DNA of 64,000 bases, taken from Stegostoma tigrinum. Its lineage: Eukaryota. The position numbers and the translations under genes are program-made. Positions 12,229-24,816 of this stretch are shown piece by piece. Where the stretch lies: assembly GCF_030684315.1 (NCBI RefSeq), contig NC_081384.1:18700818-18764817 (forward strand), read 5' to 3'. The notes under the pieces are model-generated. The model saw only the letters and a program-made list of their open reading frames with translations. It was not told the origin of the DNA and did not search any database. Numbering within the stretch: the first letter of the stretch is position 1; the number at the start of each line of letters is the position of its first letter.

Positions 12229-12400
12229 GACATAGTAAGAACTGCTGATGTTGGAGTCAGAGATAACACAGTGTGGAGATGGAGCAACACAGCAGGCCAG
12301 GCAGCATCCGAGGAGCAGGATCCAACCCAAAATGTCAACTTTCCTGCTCCTCTGATGCTGCCTGGCTTGCTGTTGTCCTCCAGCTCCACAGTGTGTCATC
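12229..12400. mobile_element. Fold-back (inverted-repeat) non-autonomous element derived from the Penelope terminus
   Basis: ~60-bp inverted arms at 12261-12320 and 12342-12400. 15-bp TSD aactgcttattctaa (12214-12228) / aacttcttattctaa (12401-12415). Confidence 0.75.
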
Positions 12401-14031
12401 AACTTCTTATTCTAAAATAGTTTCATTACTTGAAACTTGTTTTCTTGGGAATGCTGCTTAGCACAAGTTACTCCATCAGAAGAATTCTTATCACTTGACG
12501 CATACTCGTCTCCCAAACAACTTCTCATCATACACTCAAAAACTAAAGTCAGACCCTGAAAGGTTCTCCCCCTAAGCCCTCTGGGTAGTGCCCCAGGAAC
12601 TCTGGGTAACTTCGTCTCATCTGGGTATTGCACTTCTAAAAGCCAATGGCTAACTCAAACACACAGACGAGCTCATGTACTTCAGTTTGAATGAAAAGAG
12701 CTTGAGCTCATAGTAAACAATATTAAACTGCAAAGATACAAATCTCACAGTTTTTCATACCCCCAAATACCCTTTGATGGCCTTCATCAAAAATCAGCCC
12801 CTGGCACCAAATTGTGAATTGCAACAAGAAGAATTCAGACAGCAGGTGTCCCTTTATTTTAATTCCCAGAAAACTTCAATTTTATTATTCTCTGATCTGC
12901 ATCATGATGTTTTAAGGAGTTTATTGATGGAAACAATTTTACCTGCTACAAACAGCATAAACATTTTGAAGTAAATCATGTGGAGTTGCTTAAATCGCAA
13001 CATTCTGCCAATTTTGTGATTTTAATATTTATGTATTCAGTTATTTCATGTATATGTTGAATTTAATGTTATATTCTCCACTATTCAACAAAACCTTCCA
13101 TCTTTACTGTTCAGAAAACTCTGAAGCACAGTAAATGGCCACCAGATGGCACTGATGGGCTACCTGAGGGAAGACCACAAGGTCAGGCTCAGGATATTTT
13201 GTTTTTTCCAACTGTATTGGAGACAAAATAATCTTACATAAGAATACAAATAACAAAATAGGCAGAAAATTTTGCATTGTGTAGATTTTGTGCTTTTTCT
13301 TAGATAGCTTTAATGAGAAATAGATGTCATACTCATGCTAAAGTCGATATTATGCTAAAATTTAATCCTTAGAGAAATAATCTTATTTCAAGATATATTG
13401 TAAATTAAATCCAACCAGAATCACAGAATACTCCAGCATAGAGGAGGTCATGTAGTCAATTATACTTGCACTGGCTGTTTGAGAGACTAGTTATGCTTAG
13501 ACCCATTTTCCTACATTTTTGTCTATCACCCTTTAAGTTTCTCATCTTCAGATAATATCTTTCAAAATTATTTATAGAATTAATTTTTTGTGTCTTTTCA
13601 AGTGAGTTTAAACAACTTAAGTTTAAATGAATTACACGTATGATACATATTATCACTGAAAAGTCAATGAGGTTGGCAGGATTAGGTAAACTTCGCGTGA
13701 GAGAAACAGACCAGAAATGTGGAGAGATGTGGTAGATCGAAATTCTGAGCAGGCTGTGGAATTTCAGACTAATTAAATCTTGGTGTTCTTAAGGCAATGT
13801 GTGTATATTAATGGATGAGATAGAGGCATTCTTGATTGGTAGGGGAATCAAGGGTTATTGGGAAAACAGAGCAAAGTGTATATGAGGAATGTCAGATCAG
13901 CCACAATCCTGTTAAATAGCAGAGGAGGCTTGTGGGGGTCAATGGCCCACTCCTGTGCCTATTACTCCTGTGCCTATTACTCGTATACCTATTTTATTGA
14001 TACAAAATTAATGAATATGTCACAACATTAC

Positions 14032-14273
14032 CTTTACAAGCTTCATAAATTTGTCTATTGCCTTTTCCTCATGAGGAAACTGCCTCTTTAAAGCATCAAT
14101 AAACTCTTGTTTCCCTCTGCGGAGTTCATATTTACGAAGGTTCTCATTTTTACCCAGGATAATTGTATCGTATTGATTGTCCATTTGAATCCATTCCAGT
14201 TGTCCATCGGTGATTTGGTCTATAATTACTCTCAGGAGTCCACATTCATGCATCTGCCCCACATAATGAATAC
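14032..14273 (-). CDS. RETSAT: RETSAT-like exon 3 (242 bp)
   Basis: tttacag|GT ... AAG|gtaatg. Encodes GIHYVGQMHECGLLRVIIDQITDGQLEW...QFPHEEKAIDKFMKLVK. Phase matches exons 2 and 4. Confidence 0.95.
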
Positions 14274-14859
14274 CTGTAAACATAGGAGATTTGCATCAGG
14301 AGAAATGATTTCTGGTATTTACCAAAAAACTCAGAGGGTTTGAATATTGGATTGGAACAGACACAGACAGAGCTTGAAAATTGTAATGCTGGCCCAACTA
14401 TGTCCTCTCGTTTTTGTTCTTTTTACCAGTGGAAACAGTTTCTCACAATCTAATTTTAAAAACCTGCTAATGATTTTGAAAATCTCTATCAGATCTCCTC
14501 TTAGCTTTCTCCTCTCCAAGATGAACTGTCTCAACTTCCTCGACCTATCCTCAAAGCTGAAGTTTCACATTCCTAGGAGCATTGTTGTAAATCACTCTGG
14601 TATTCTCTCCAAACTGTCCACATCTGTTTTGTAAGGTGGTATTCACAACTGCTGAGGTCTTATACAAGTTTAACATCACCTCCTTGTCTTGTACTCTATG
14701 CACCTCTCTACATTTTAAAAAAAGTTCTCATCTTCCGGAATCAGTATTGTCACAAGGTCTTATGCAAGTGCTGGAGGGTGGTAAACTGAGTGGACAGATC
14801 AGAGTCAAATTAATTTGAAAAGTAGAAAGTAAAATTGGAAGATACACGAAACTTAGGCC

Positions 14860-17100
14860 AGCAGCAAGTTGGGTGATAGGCAAAAAAAGTCGCGAGACAA
14901 CAAACATAGAGTTACTATATCTGAATCTATGGGGCATTTGCAATAAGGTTGATGAAATGTCATGCAAATAGTTGTGAATGGATATAATGTGAGTATGATT
15001 ATGGAAACATGGCTGCAAGGTGACCAAGTCTGGGAACTGAACTTCCAAGGCTATTCAATACTAAAGAAGATTGACAATAATGAAAAGGAGGTTGGATGCT
15101 ATTGCTTGTAAAACCTGAAATGAATGATATAGTGAGGAAGGACATTGGCTCAGAAGATCTAGATGAGAAATCAGTCTGTGTGGAGCTAAGAACTAAAAAG
15201 AGGTGTAAAATATTCATGGCAGTTGTCTGTCGTTCCTCTGAACAGTACACGATGGAATTAAACAGAAAATTACAGATGCAGGCTGCAAAGGAGGTCCATT
15301 AATCTGCGATGACATTTAGCTACACATAGACGGCAAAAACCACAGTGCAATAATACTTTGAGCTCCTAGAGTGTGTACCGGATTGCCTTTTAGACCATTA
15401 TGTTAAAGAAGAAACAAGTGCACAGGTTAGCCTTGATTTGATTTCATGCAATAAGAATGAGTTAATTAATAAACTTGTTGTCAGAGTTCCTTTTAAGAAA
15501 AAGTGACCATACATGATAGAATCCTTCATCAGATTGGAAAGTGAGCCAGTCCAAAACAAAACCAAAGTGCTAAATCTAAGTAAGGGATACTATGAAGGGA
15601 GGGGGCTGCAGTGGACCGAAAGGCATGACAGTGGACAAGCAATGTCTAATGTTTAAGGAACAAATACTTGCAGTTGTACCTACCTTTCTGATATAAGTGG
15701 TTCGCCCATGGTTAACAAAAACAAAGAATTGTTTCTGATCCAAAGACAAGTCACTTAAACTTGTTTGAATAAGTTGCAACCTGAAGCTTGGGAGCCTTTG
15801 ATATTTCAGTGAAGGAAGATCAAGTGATTGATTAAGAGGGTAAAATAGAGTATTGGTAGTAGATAGGGGAGAGAGCGTAGGAGTGAATGGGTCTTATTGG
15901 AGTGGAAGGAGTTACAAGTGTGTTATCACAGGGATCTTCAAATCTGCACACACATGCAACTGCTCAAGCGTTCCATGCTTGATGATTGCTGTGTTGACAT
16001 GGATCTGATCTGGGTTTGGAAATCTCTGCTGCGCACGTGCCATGGTCGACTCAGAAGAGAAAATAATAAGACTGAATGTTGTGGTCAGCTATTCACAATG
16101 TAAATCAATGACTTGGGTGAGGGAATCAAATATAATATTTCCAGCTTTGCGGATGGCAAAGTCCTCCATGAGATAGTGTGTGGTGAGGGGAAAGCAAACA
16201 GATTTCAAGGTGACTTAGATAAATTGAGTGAGTGGGCGAATGCATCACAGAGGCAGTGTAACATGATAAGCATGAAGTTATTGACTTTGGTTGGAAAAAC
16301 AGAACGGTAGTCTATTATTTAAATAGAGAAAGATTGTGAAATATTGAGGAAGAAATGGACCAGGGTGTCCTACTCACCAAAAGGAACAATGCATGAGCAG
16401 CAAACATGAAGGCTAACAGTCTGTTGGCCTTCAATGCAAGGCAGTTTGAGCTCAGGAGCAAGGATACTTTCCTGCAGCTGTACCTGGCTTGGTGAGACCA
16501 TACCTGGTTTGTTGCGTGTAATTTTGGTGTCCTTATCTGAGAAAAGGTGGAGTGAAGCAAAGTGAAATAACTCCTCAGAGCTAGATATCCTGTCACCAGA
16601 GCACCCTTTATTTATGCATGGAGAGTCCTTGAGACTGATCCAGTTCCTGCAGAGCCAGCCCTCAAAGCTTACAGGATGTCTGACACTCCTGTTTATACCT
16701 GTCAGCTAGGGCTCCCTGATTAGACCAGGTTAACAGCCTCAATCAGGGAACTCATATTCTATATGAGCCTGCCTCGTTACAGTTAATACACAACGGGTCA
16801 CTGGACTGCTCCCTGGGTTACAGGCTTACCATATGAGGAAAGCTTGGGTCAGCTAGGCCTGTACTTAGCAGGGTTTAGAAGAATGAGAGAAAAACTTTGC
16901 CAGAGTTGCTCAGCCTGGTGCAGATGCAGGGAATGATTATTCCCTGGCCTGGAGCTTGAGAAGGCTGTCACTTGATAAACTTAAAGAAATAGATGCGTTT
17001 TTAAACACTAAAAACATCAAAGGGTATGGAGTGGAAGTGAGAGTATGACATTGAGATTGAATATTAACTATGTGGTGGTACTGTAGCTTTAAGGGATGTG
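14860..17100 (+). mobile_element. Old CR1-clade LINE remnant (APE endonuclease and RT pieces)
   Basis: ETWLQG-like endonuclease piece near 15000, ISSFADGK...FQGDLDKLSEWA at 16113-16310, and a CR1-like 3' region. Confidence 0.7.
16563..16790 (-). mobile_element. Solo LTR (~230 bp), same family
   Basis: TG...CA termini and a 5-bp TSD caaag/caacg. Shares tagaatatgagttccctgattg and agggagccct.gctgacag with 11597-11818. Confidence 0.68.
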
Positions 17101-18487
17101 TTCTGCCCTGTTTCTCTTTGCAGAGGGATGCTATCACAATGGTGCAGAAATGATTCCTTCAGTCTGACAGTTGGTAAACAGCTTTGAGTTCTCCCTGGGT
17201 ATATATTTTTTCAAAGTAAGTAAAATGCTGTATGATCCTATGACTATGACTCTATGAATTATGAATGGGCAGAGTCAGGCTCAGGAGAACCAAAAGGACT
17301 TTTGTTTTGCTTTCAGTTAGTTGGCAGTTTTTGCTGTCCTCTAGAACTGAAAACTTGATTCTCTGCTGCTAAGGTGAAGTCTCGGAAGAGAAGATTCTCT
17401 CAAAAATTAATTTGGTGTTTTTTTTTCTCCTGGATTAGAGAGGGACAGCATGTGAGGCTAATAAAGTGTTGCTGAATTGCATTTGCCAATGGTGTGCTTA
17501 TGAGATGCTGCCTCCATTGGAGCAGTTGACAATTAGTTGCTAACTTTTATACTATCTTGTTAAGCATTTCAATAGAGCAAAGTTACGCCAATTTTTTTTG
17601 GTCTATTTTATCTGCATTGTAAGAATAAACTGTATTTTGATGAAAGCCTTATGGTGGACCAATTAGATTATATTTGGAACACAGAAGTTTTACACATGTC
17701 TTTTAAAAAAAAAGAAATTTAAGATTGCTCCATGGGGGGTGGGGGGGCTCTAATTTGGTCGAGAGCAGCTATAATCATGCTTCGTGTGAAGCATGCTTGA
17801 GGGGCTGAATGGCCTACTTCTTCTCCTGTTTTTTATGTTTCTATCTCTCCTCTGGCTCTTTTACCAAATTTTTGTGGTCCAGTTTTGACTGGCATTGGAA
17901 AAAATGCCTTTTTATTTATTCCATCCAAATCTCAAGAACCTTCAGAATTTTGATCATCTTTATTAAAAGCCCCCAAATGTGTGACACCCCGTTATTATAG
18001 AGACAAACACTTAGGATTACGGTTTGGTACAATCTCATTTGATTATGTTTTTGTTCATTTTGGCTTTTAAATGGTTTGAATATTTGTATTCTAACTGTAA
18101 ATAATAAATGGTTAAATTATTTATTCCCACACTGCTTCAGTGTATTGATTATTTGAAAAGAAAGAGATTCCTCAGCAGAGAGAGAGAGTCTTCTGTTAGC
18201 AACAACGGATTAAGGTAAATATTGAGAAAACAAACAGGGTAGTGGGGCCAAATTTGATAAGTTAATCATCCAACCAGTGTTATGTCAGGGAAATGCTTAA
18301 TTTGTGGAAGTTTTCTTCACAATAACTTTCTTCAGAAGATGAAGATTGTCTCTAGGTTTGTATAAAGACACGTAAATATCTTCTTTTACAATTTGTCGGT
18401 ACAGACAATAATTGAACAACTGACCATAAAGGAGATGTAAGAACATTCTCTACTGTGTACGTTTACCAGCTGAAAGATGGCAACTGA

Positions 18488-18759
18488 ATAGAGTCATAGA
18501 GTCATAGAGTCATAGAGTCATAGAGTCATAGAGTCATAGAGTCATAGAGCCATAGAGTCATAGAGCCATAGAGCCATAGAGCCATAGAGCCATAGAGCCA
18601 TAGAGCCATAGAGCCATAGAGCCATAGAGCCATAGAGCCATAGAGCCATAGAGCCATAGAGCCATAGAGCCATAGAGCCATAGAGCCATAGAGCCATAGA
18701 GCCATAGAGCCATAGAGCCATAGAGCCATAGAGCCATAGAGCCATAGAGCCATAGAGCC
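18488..18759. repeat. 8-bp tandem repeat (atagagtc)n -> (atagagcc)n, ~34 units; expanded CR1 3' tail
   Basis: Seen directly. It is the reverse complement of the (gactctat)n tail that ends other CR1 copies here (4012-4027, 46262-46280). Confidence 0.95.
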
Positions 18760-21070
18760 CAGAAACAGAACCCTCAGTCCAACTTGTCCATGCTGACCAG
18801 GTATCCTAAATCAATCTAATCTCATCTGGCAGCATTGGGTCCATATCCCTTCCTGTACATGGACCAATCCAGATGCCTTTAAATGTTGTAATTGTACCAG
18901 CCTCTACCACTTGCTCTGGCAGCTCATTCCATACATGCACTATGCTCCACGTGAAAAAGTTACCCCTTAGGTAACTTTTAAATCTTTCCCCTGTGATGCT
19001 CTTTATTTTTGGACTCGCCCCAATCTAGGGAAAATACCTTGTCTACTTAGCCTTTGTACGCCCCCCCGCCCCGTGAATTTATAGGCTTCTATAAGGTCAC
19101 CCCTCAACCTCCACATTCCAGGGGAAATAGCTTCAATCTATTCAGCCTCTCGCTATAGCTCAAACCCTCCAACCCTGGCAACAGCCTTGTAAATCTGGGA
19201 GACTGGAATTGCACACAGTATTCCAATAGTGGCCTAACCAATGTCCTGTACAGTTGCAACATGACCTCCCAACTCCTATAATCAATGCACTGACTAATAA
19301 AGGCAAGCATATCAATGGTTTCTTCACTATCTTATATACCTGCAACTCCACTTTCAAGGAACTATGAACCTGCACTCCAAGTTCTCCTTGTTCAGCAACA
19401 CTTCCCAGGACCTTACCATTAAGTGTGTAAGTCCTGCCCTGATTTGCCTGTCCAAAATGCAGCACCTCACATTTACCTAAATTAAACTCCATCTGCTGCT
19501 CCTCGAACTATTGGCCCATCTCATCGAGATCCCGTTGTACTCTGAGTTAACCTTCTTCACTGTCCGCTACACCTCCAATTTTGGTGTCATCTGCGAACTT
19601 ACTAACTATACCTCCTTTGTTCACACCAAAATCATTTATATAGATGACAAAAAAAAAGTGGGCCCAGTACCACTCCTTGTGACACATCACTGGTTACAGG
19701 CCTCCAAACTGAAAAGCAACCCTCCACCACCACCCTCTGGCTTCTGCCTTTGAGCCAGTTCTGTATCCAAATAGCTAGTTCCCCCTGCATTCCATATGAT
19801 CTAACCCTGCTAACAGTCTACCATGAGGAACCTTGTTGAATGCCTTACTGAAGTCCATATAGATCATGTCCACCATTCTGCCCTCATTAATCGTCTTCAT
19901 TACTTCTTCAAAAAACACAATCAAGTTAGTGAGACATGATTTCCCACACAGAAAGCCATGTTGACTATCCCTAATCAGTCCTTGCCTCTCTAAATACGTG
20001 TAAATCCTGTCCCTCAGGATTCCCTCCAACAACTTGCCCTTGATCGATGTCAGGCTCACAGGTCTCTAATTCCCTAGTTTTTCCTTACCACTTTTCTTAA
20101 ATAGTGGCACCATTCTAGCCAACCTCCAGTCGCTGGTAGCTCGCCTGTGGCTATAAAAGATATAAATATCTCAGCCAGGGGCCCAGTAATCACTTCCCTA
20201 GCTTCCGACAGAGTTTCAAGAGGTCTTCTGATGAGGTTCTGGCGATTTATCCACCTTCATGCATTTTAAGGTGTCCAACACCACTTCCCCTGTGATGTGG
20301 ACCATTTTTCAAGAAGTCACTATTTATTTCCCCATGTTCTAATTCTTCCACATCCTTCTGCACAGTAAACAATGAGGCAAAATACTTGTTTAGTATCTCT
20401 CTCATCTCCTGCAGTTCCACACATGGGCGACCTTGCTGATCTTTATGGGGGCCTATTCTCTCCCTAGTCACCTTTTTGTCCTAAATGTATTTGTAGAATC
20501 TGTTTAGATTCTCCTCAACCCAATTTGTCAAAGATGCATCATTCCCCTTCTTACTCTCCTGCTTTCCCTCTTAAGTATACTCTGACTGCCTTTATACTCT
20601 TCCAGGGAATCAATCAGTTTCTGCTGTCTATACCTGGCATATGTCTCCTTCTTAACCAAAACCTCAATTTCTCTAAATATCCAGCATTCCCTACGCCTAC
20701 CAGACTTGGCCTTTGCCCCAATAGGAACATATTGTCTCTGGATTCTCGCCATCTCTTTTTTAAAGGCTTCCAATTTTCCAGCAGATCCTTTACCCTCGAA
20801 AATCTGCCCCAGTCAACTTTTGAAAGTTCTTGCCTAATACTAGTGAAATTCACCTTCCTCCAATTTAGAACTTGAACTTTTAGATCCGATCTGTCCCTTT
20901 CCCTTATTATTTTAAAACTAATAGGATTTTGGTCACTGGCCCCAAAGTGCTCCCTCCCTGACACCTCTGTCACATGCCCTGGTCTATTTCCCAAGAGTCG
21001 CTCAGGTTTTGTACCTTCTCCATGAAGATACATCTACATATTCAATCCGATCTTGTACACACTTAACAAA
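18760..21070 (-). mobile_element. CR1-clade LINE (HER1-like), 5'-truncated and disrupted
   Basis: RT fragments GLIRDSQHGFLCGKSCLTNLIVFFEEV...YMDFSKAFNKVPH, MEFNLGKCEVLHFG and LQLYRTLVRPLLEYCVQF. Ends in an 8-bp tandem tail. Confidence 0.9.
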
Positions 21071-21214
21071 TGCCTCTCTATCCAAGCCATTAATGCTAAG
21101 ACACTCCCCCCAAAGCTCCTGTACTCTGCCTGTTATTTCTCTTTTCTTTTCTGTTTTTCTCTCTTTTTCTTTTCTCCCATTAGACCAAAGGTAAACACTG
21201 GAGGAGTGGTGGAT

Positions 21215-21575
21215 GTGGGCAGTGAGTCCCTGATAAGTGCAGGCAGTGAGCCCTAATCAGTGCGGGCAGTGAGTGCCAGAGCAGCGGGGACAATGAGTGC
21301 CAGAGCAGCGCAGGCAGTGAGTCCCGGATCAGTGCGGGCAGTGAGTCCTGGAACAGCATGGGCAGTGAGTCCCAGAGCAGTGCTGGAAGTGAGAACGAGA
21401 GCAGCACGGGCAGTGAGTCCCAGAGCTGTGCACTCAGTGAGTCCAAGAGCAGTGTGGGCAGTGAGACCCAGAACAGCACGGGCAATGACCAGTGCAGGCA
21501 GTGGGTCCCGGAGTAGCATGGGCAGTGAGTCCTGGAGCAGTGTGGGCAGTGAGTCCCAGTGCGGTGCAGGCAGCA
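21215..21575. repeat. GC-rich minisatellite, ~24-bp unit (gcagtgagtcccagagcagtgcgg-like), ~15 degenerate copies
   Basis: Seen directly. It produces the periodic AVSPRA/LWDSLP ORFs in the track. Confidence 0.9.
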
Positions 21576-23304
21576 ATTCCACAGCTATCCTCAGAGAGAT
21601 TCCAAGCAGCTATCCCTAGAGGAAAATTTAAGGGTTATCTCCAGAAGGGGATCCCGGAGTGCAATTCCAAGAGTCACCGACCCAGGCCTGTTCTGAATCA
21701 GAGGAACCAAAGACAACTGACCATGTCCAGCAGATTGAAGAACCGACAAACTCTTAAAAACCAACAACCAACTGATACCACAAGGCCTCAGACACATCCT
21801 GAGGTAAAAAATTGGGCCAACTAAACCAACAGATAGTGAGGAAAACCAAGTGCTCACCCAACAGATCCACTACACACCCTGCCATATCATCAGACTCTAC
21901 CGAGACTGAAGGCCTATGCAGTTTGAAGTCTTCATCCAGGCACAGGGTGTGGCAAGCAGGAGCAAAATTACTTCAAAATTGCGTTTTCCTAAGTGGTGAG
22001 ATTTACAACCTATTTTACAACTTAGCCAGCTGGCAGAGGAAAGCGGGTGGTGACAGTGTATGGTGCCCCAAAGGTAGGGACGCTGGTTAAAGTTGCTGTG
22101 TGTAAAACGTTTGTTTTAAGTTCTAATAGTGTTTAATCTAGCTAACATATATAATAGCATGACTGCTCTTGTATAATTGCTTGTGTTAATTTTGTTGTTC
22201 ATTGCATTCATCTTTAATTCTTCCTTTGATTACCTTTTGTATTGCAAATAAATGCAGAGATTCTTTGGCCCTGAGACACCTCTCTACTGCCTTCTTCATT
22301 TCACCTTCCCTAAATATGTCCAGCATCTAGAATATTGGGGTCTGGGCGTGATTGGAACCACCTAAAAATCAGCAAATTCCAGAGGGCTAACTACAACCCT
22401 ATAGACTTGACAGTCTTCAGAGGATATTCCAACATCAGTTGAATACAATTGAGCGCTGGATAGGAATTCCATACAGTGGACAGGAATTTTGGGATCATTG
22501 GGAGAAATGACTTTGAACTACATCACTTGCCCTTAGAAACAAAGTTTTCAATGTCAGAGAGAAGAAAAGATATAAAGCAGATGAAGGCCTTCAGTCAGAT
22601 GGGCCAGCCATCCTGAAGTCCAAATGCCATTTTCGTTGCTTCTTGGTTATTTAGTTCATCCATTCACAGACACCATTTACCAGTATGCACAATGAACTGT
22701 TATCTAAAGGTTTATCTCAAGGTCTTCAGTCCTTTCACTGCTAGCCAGACTTCTCTGACACAAACCCTTTCTGTCTGTATCCTAGATTCATGCTTCTGTC
22801 CTGTGTCACACTGAATTGAAATTATTCAGAATATCGTCTAGACCCTAACTTTTTCTTATTTTAGAGATAAGTGTAGAGTTAGCCTTCCAGATGCAATTTA
22901 ATTGGTCAAATTACTCAACATTAAGCGAAACACACTTTAATTTTCCACTACAGTTAAAATACAGGAAAAAAATAAAAATTAAAAAATAAAGAATTGACTT
23001 AACTATCGAAATGCTTAATAAAATAATACATATATTAAATATTACTAATTAATTGTTCCAGTATAGTAACATCCCATGAACTCAGCCTTGTCAAAGGCAA
23101 ATCAGTCAACTAGATTGTTTCACAGGCAATTCTCCAGTCCAGGAGGAGTAACTTTTAAGGGAAAAATCTGAGAGACCGAGTAGCATGGAGAGATGTAATT
23201 TAGCTTCCAAACCCAGCTTCAAGACCCCAGCAACTTCTGCTGAAGAACAAAAACTAAAAGTCCTGGTTCTGGGGGAGCTTGACATCACCCATTCAGGATG
23301 TCAC

Positions 23305-23875
23305 ATTACAGCTGTACAGGAAGTCTGTTTGGCCACTTTTGGAACCCACGTTCAATTCTGGCCTCCCTGCCATAGGAAAGATGTTGGTGGACTTGAAAGG
23401 GTGCAGAAAAGATTTACAAGGATGTTGCCAGGGTTGCAGGGTTTGATACTGAATAGGCTGGGGCTATTTTCTCTGGATCATCGGATGCGAAGGGTGACTT
23501 TATAGAGATTTATAAAACCACAGGGGGCATAGACAGCGTGAACAGCCAAAGTCTTTTCCCTGGGTTGGAGGGGGCCAAAACTAGATGGCATAGGTTTAAA
23601 GTGAGAGGGGAGAGACATAAAAGGGACCTGAGGGGGCAACATTTTTATGTGGAGGATGGTGAATATTCAGAACAAGCTGCGAGAGAAAGTGGTGGAGGTA
23701 GGTACATTTACTAATCTTAAAGGCATCTGGATGGGTATATGAATAGGAAGGGTTTAGAGGGATATGGATCAAACTATGGCAAATGGGACTAGATTAATTT
23801 AGGATGTCTGGTTGGCAAGGATGGGTTGGGCTAAAGAGTCTGTTTCCATGATATACATCTCTGTTTCTATGACTT
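23305..23875 (+). mobile_element. CR1/HER1 3' fragment
   Basis: Encodes VQFWPPCHRKDVGGLERVQKRFTRMLPGL, followed by a 3'UTR and tail. Confidence 0.85.
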
Positions 23876-24633
23876 TATTCAAGCTTCTCTGATTGTTCCA
23901 GCTCTTTTAAAAAAACACCCAAAGCCTCTCAAGCCATTTATTGGATTCAAATAGACAGATTGGTCTTAAAGTCTCTGTTCCAAAAACCATAACATTGTCA
24001 CTCTATTCATCTGAACACTTTCCTGAACCACTTTCCTATTCCTTCAAAAAGAAATCTTCTCAAAGATGTTCTCAATGTTTTCTTTTTCTTCTACTTGTTA
24101 CTCCTTGCCTGCTTCTTTCATTGTGAAGCTTTGTTGTATTATAACAATTTGTTCGAAGTCATTGTTCTTTCACACAATAGGAATAAGATTGATAATCAGA
24201 TCAAGGAAGGTAACCAATTAGTTTTCTAAATGAAAGAACAGAGACTAATCTTGAAGTAAATGAAACAAGATTACAACAGACGGAGGTCAGGACGTAGAGC
24301 GCCTAAACTATTTTCAAAAGGAATTAACTAAGGATATTAATAGCTCATCTGTTTCCATTGTTGTAATAAAAAAAGATCATGAAGCTACTATAGATAGGAG
24401 GTCAGTTAAGTCATTTGGTTGCATGGCTGGGTTGTGCTGCAGTGTAACACCAACATCACTAGTTGAGGTCACTCTGAAGGTCCTGCCTTCTGAACCTTCA
24501 CCTATGCCCGTAGCATGGTGACTCTCAGGTTAATCCACCACCTGTTTTCTCTCTCTGCAAGAGTAGCCTTCTGGGGCTGTGTGACTTTACCATAGAGGAC
24601 TCTGAAAATACAAACATGTTTGAAATGTCTTAC

Positions 24634-24816
24634 CAACATCAAACTCAAATCCCTTTTCACTGAAAGTATGACAGCAGCCTCCAGCCTGGTCATGTTGTTC
24701 CAACACTAGAACACGCTTGCCTGCTTTGGCCAGAACTGCAGCCACTGTCAGTCCACCAATCCCACTGCCAATTACAATGGCATCAAGGTGGTTGGGCACT
24801 TTGCCTGTGGAAAAAC
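24634..24816 (-). CDS. RETSAT: RETSAT-like exon 2 (183 bp), FAD/NAD dinucleotide-binding motif
   Basis: Acceptor tcttttcag|GT, donor G|gtaaga. Encodes [61 protein letters not shown] (GxGxxG Rossmann motif, CRTISO/phytoene-desaturase-like family). Confidence 0.96.

Noticed and set aside
18526-18753. ORFs MALWLYGS repeated
   Set aside because: Translation of an 8-bp satellite derived from a LINE tail.
21215-21575. Periodic repeats resembling a CRISPR array, and the repetitive ORFs 21180-21619
   Set aside because: Units are contiguous degenerate 24-mers with no unique spacers and no cas genes, in a eukaryotic context. The ORFs are a by-product of a unit length divisible by 3.
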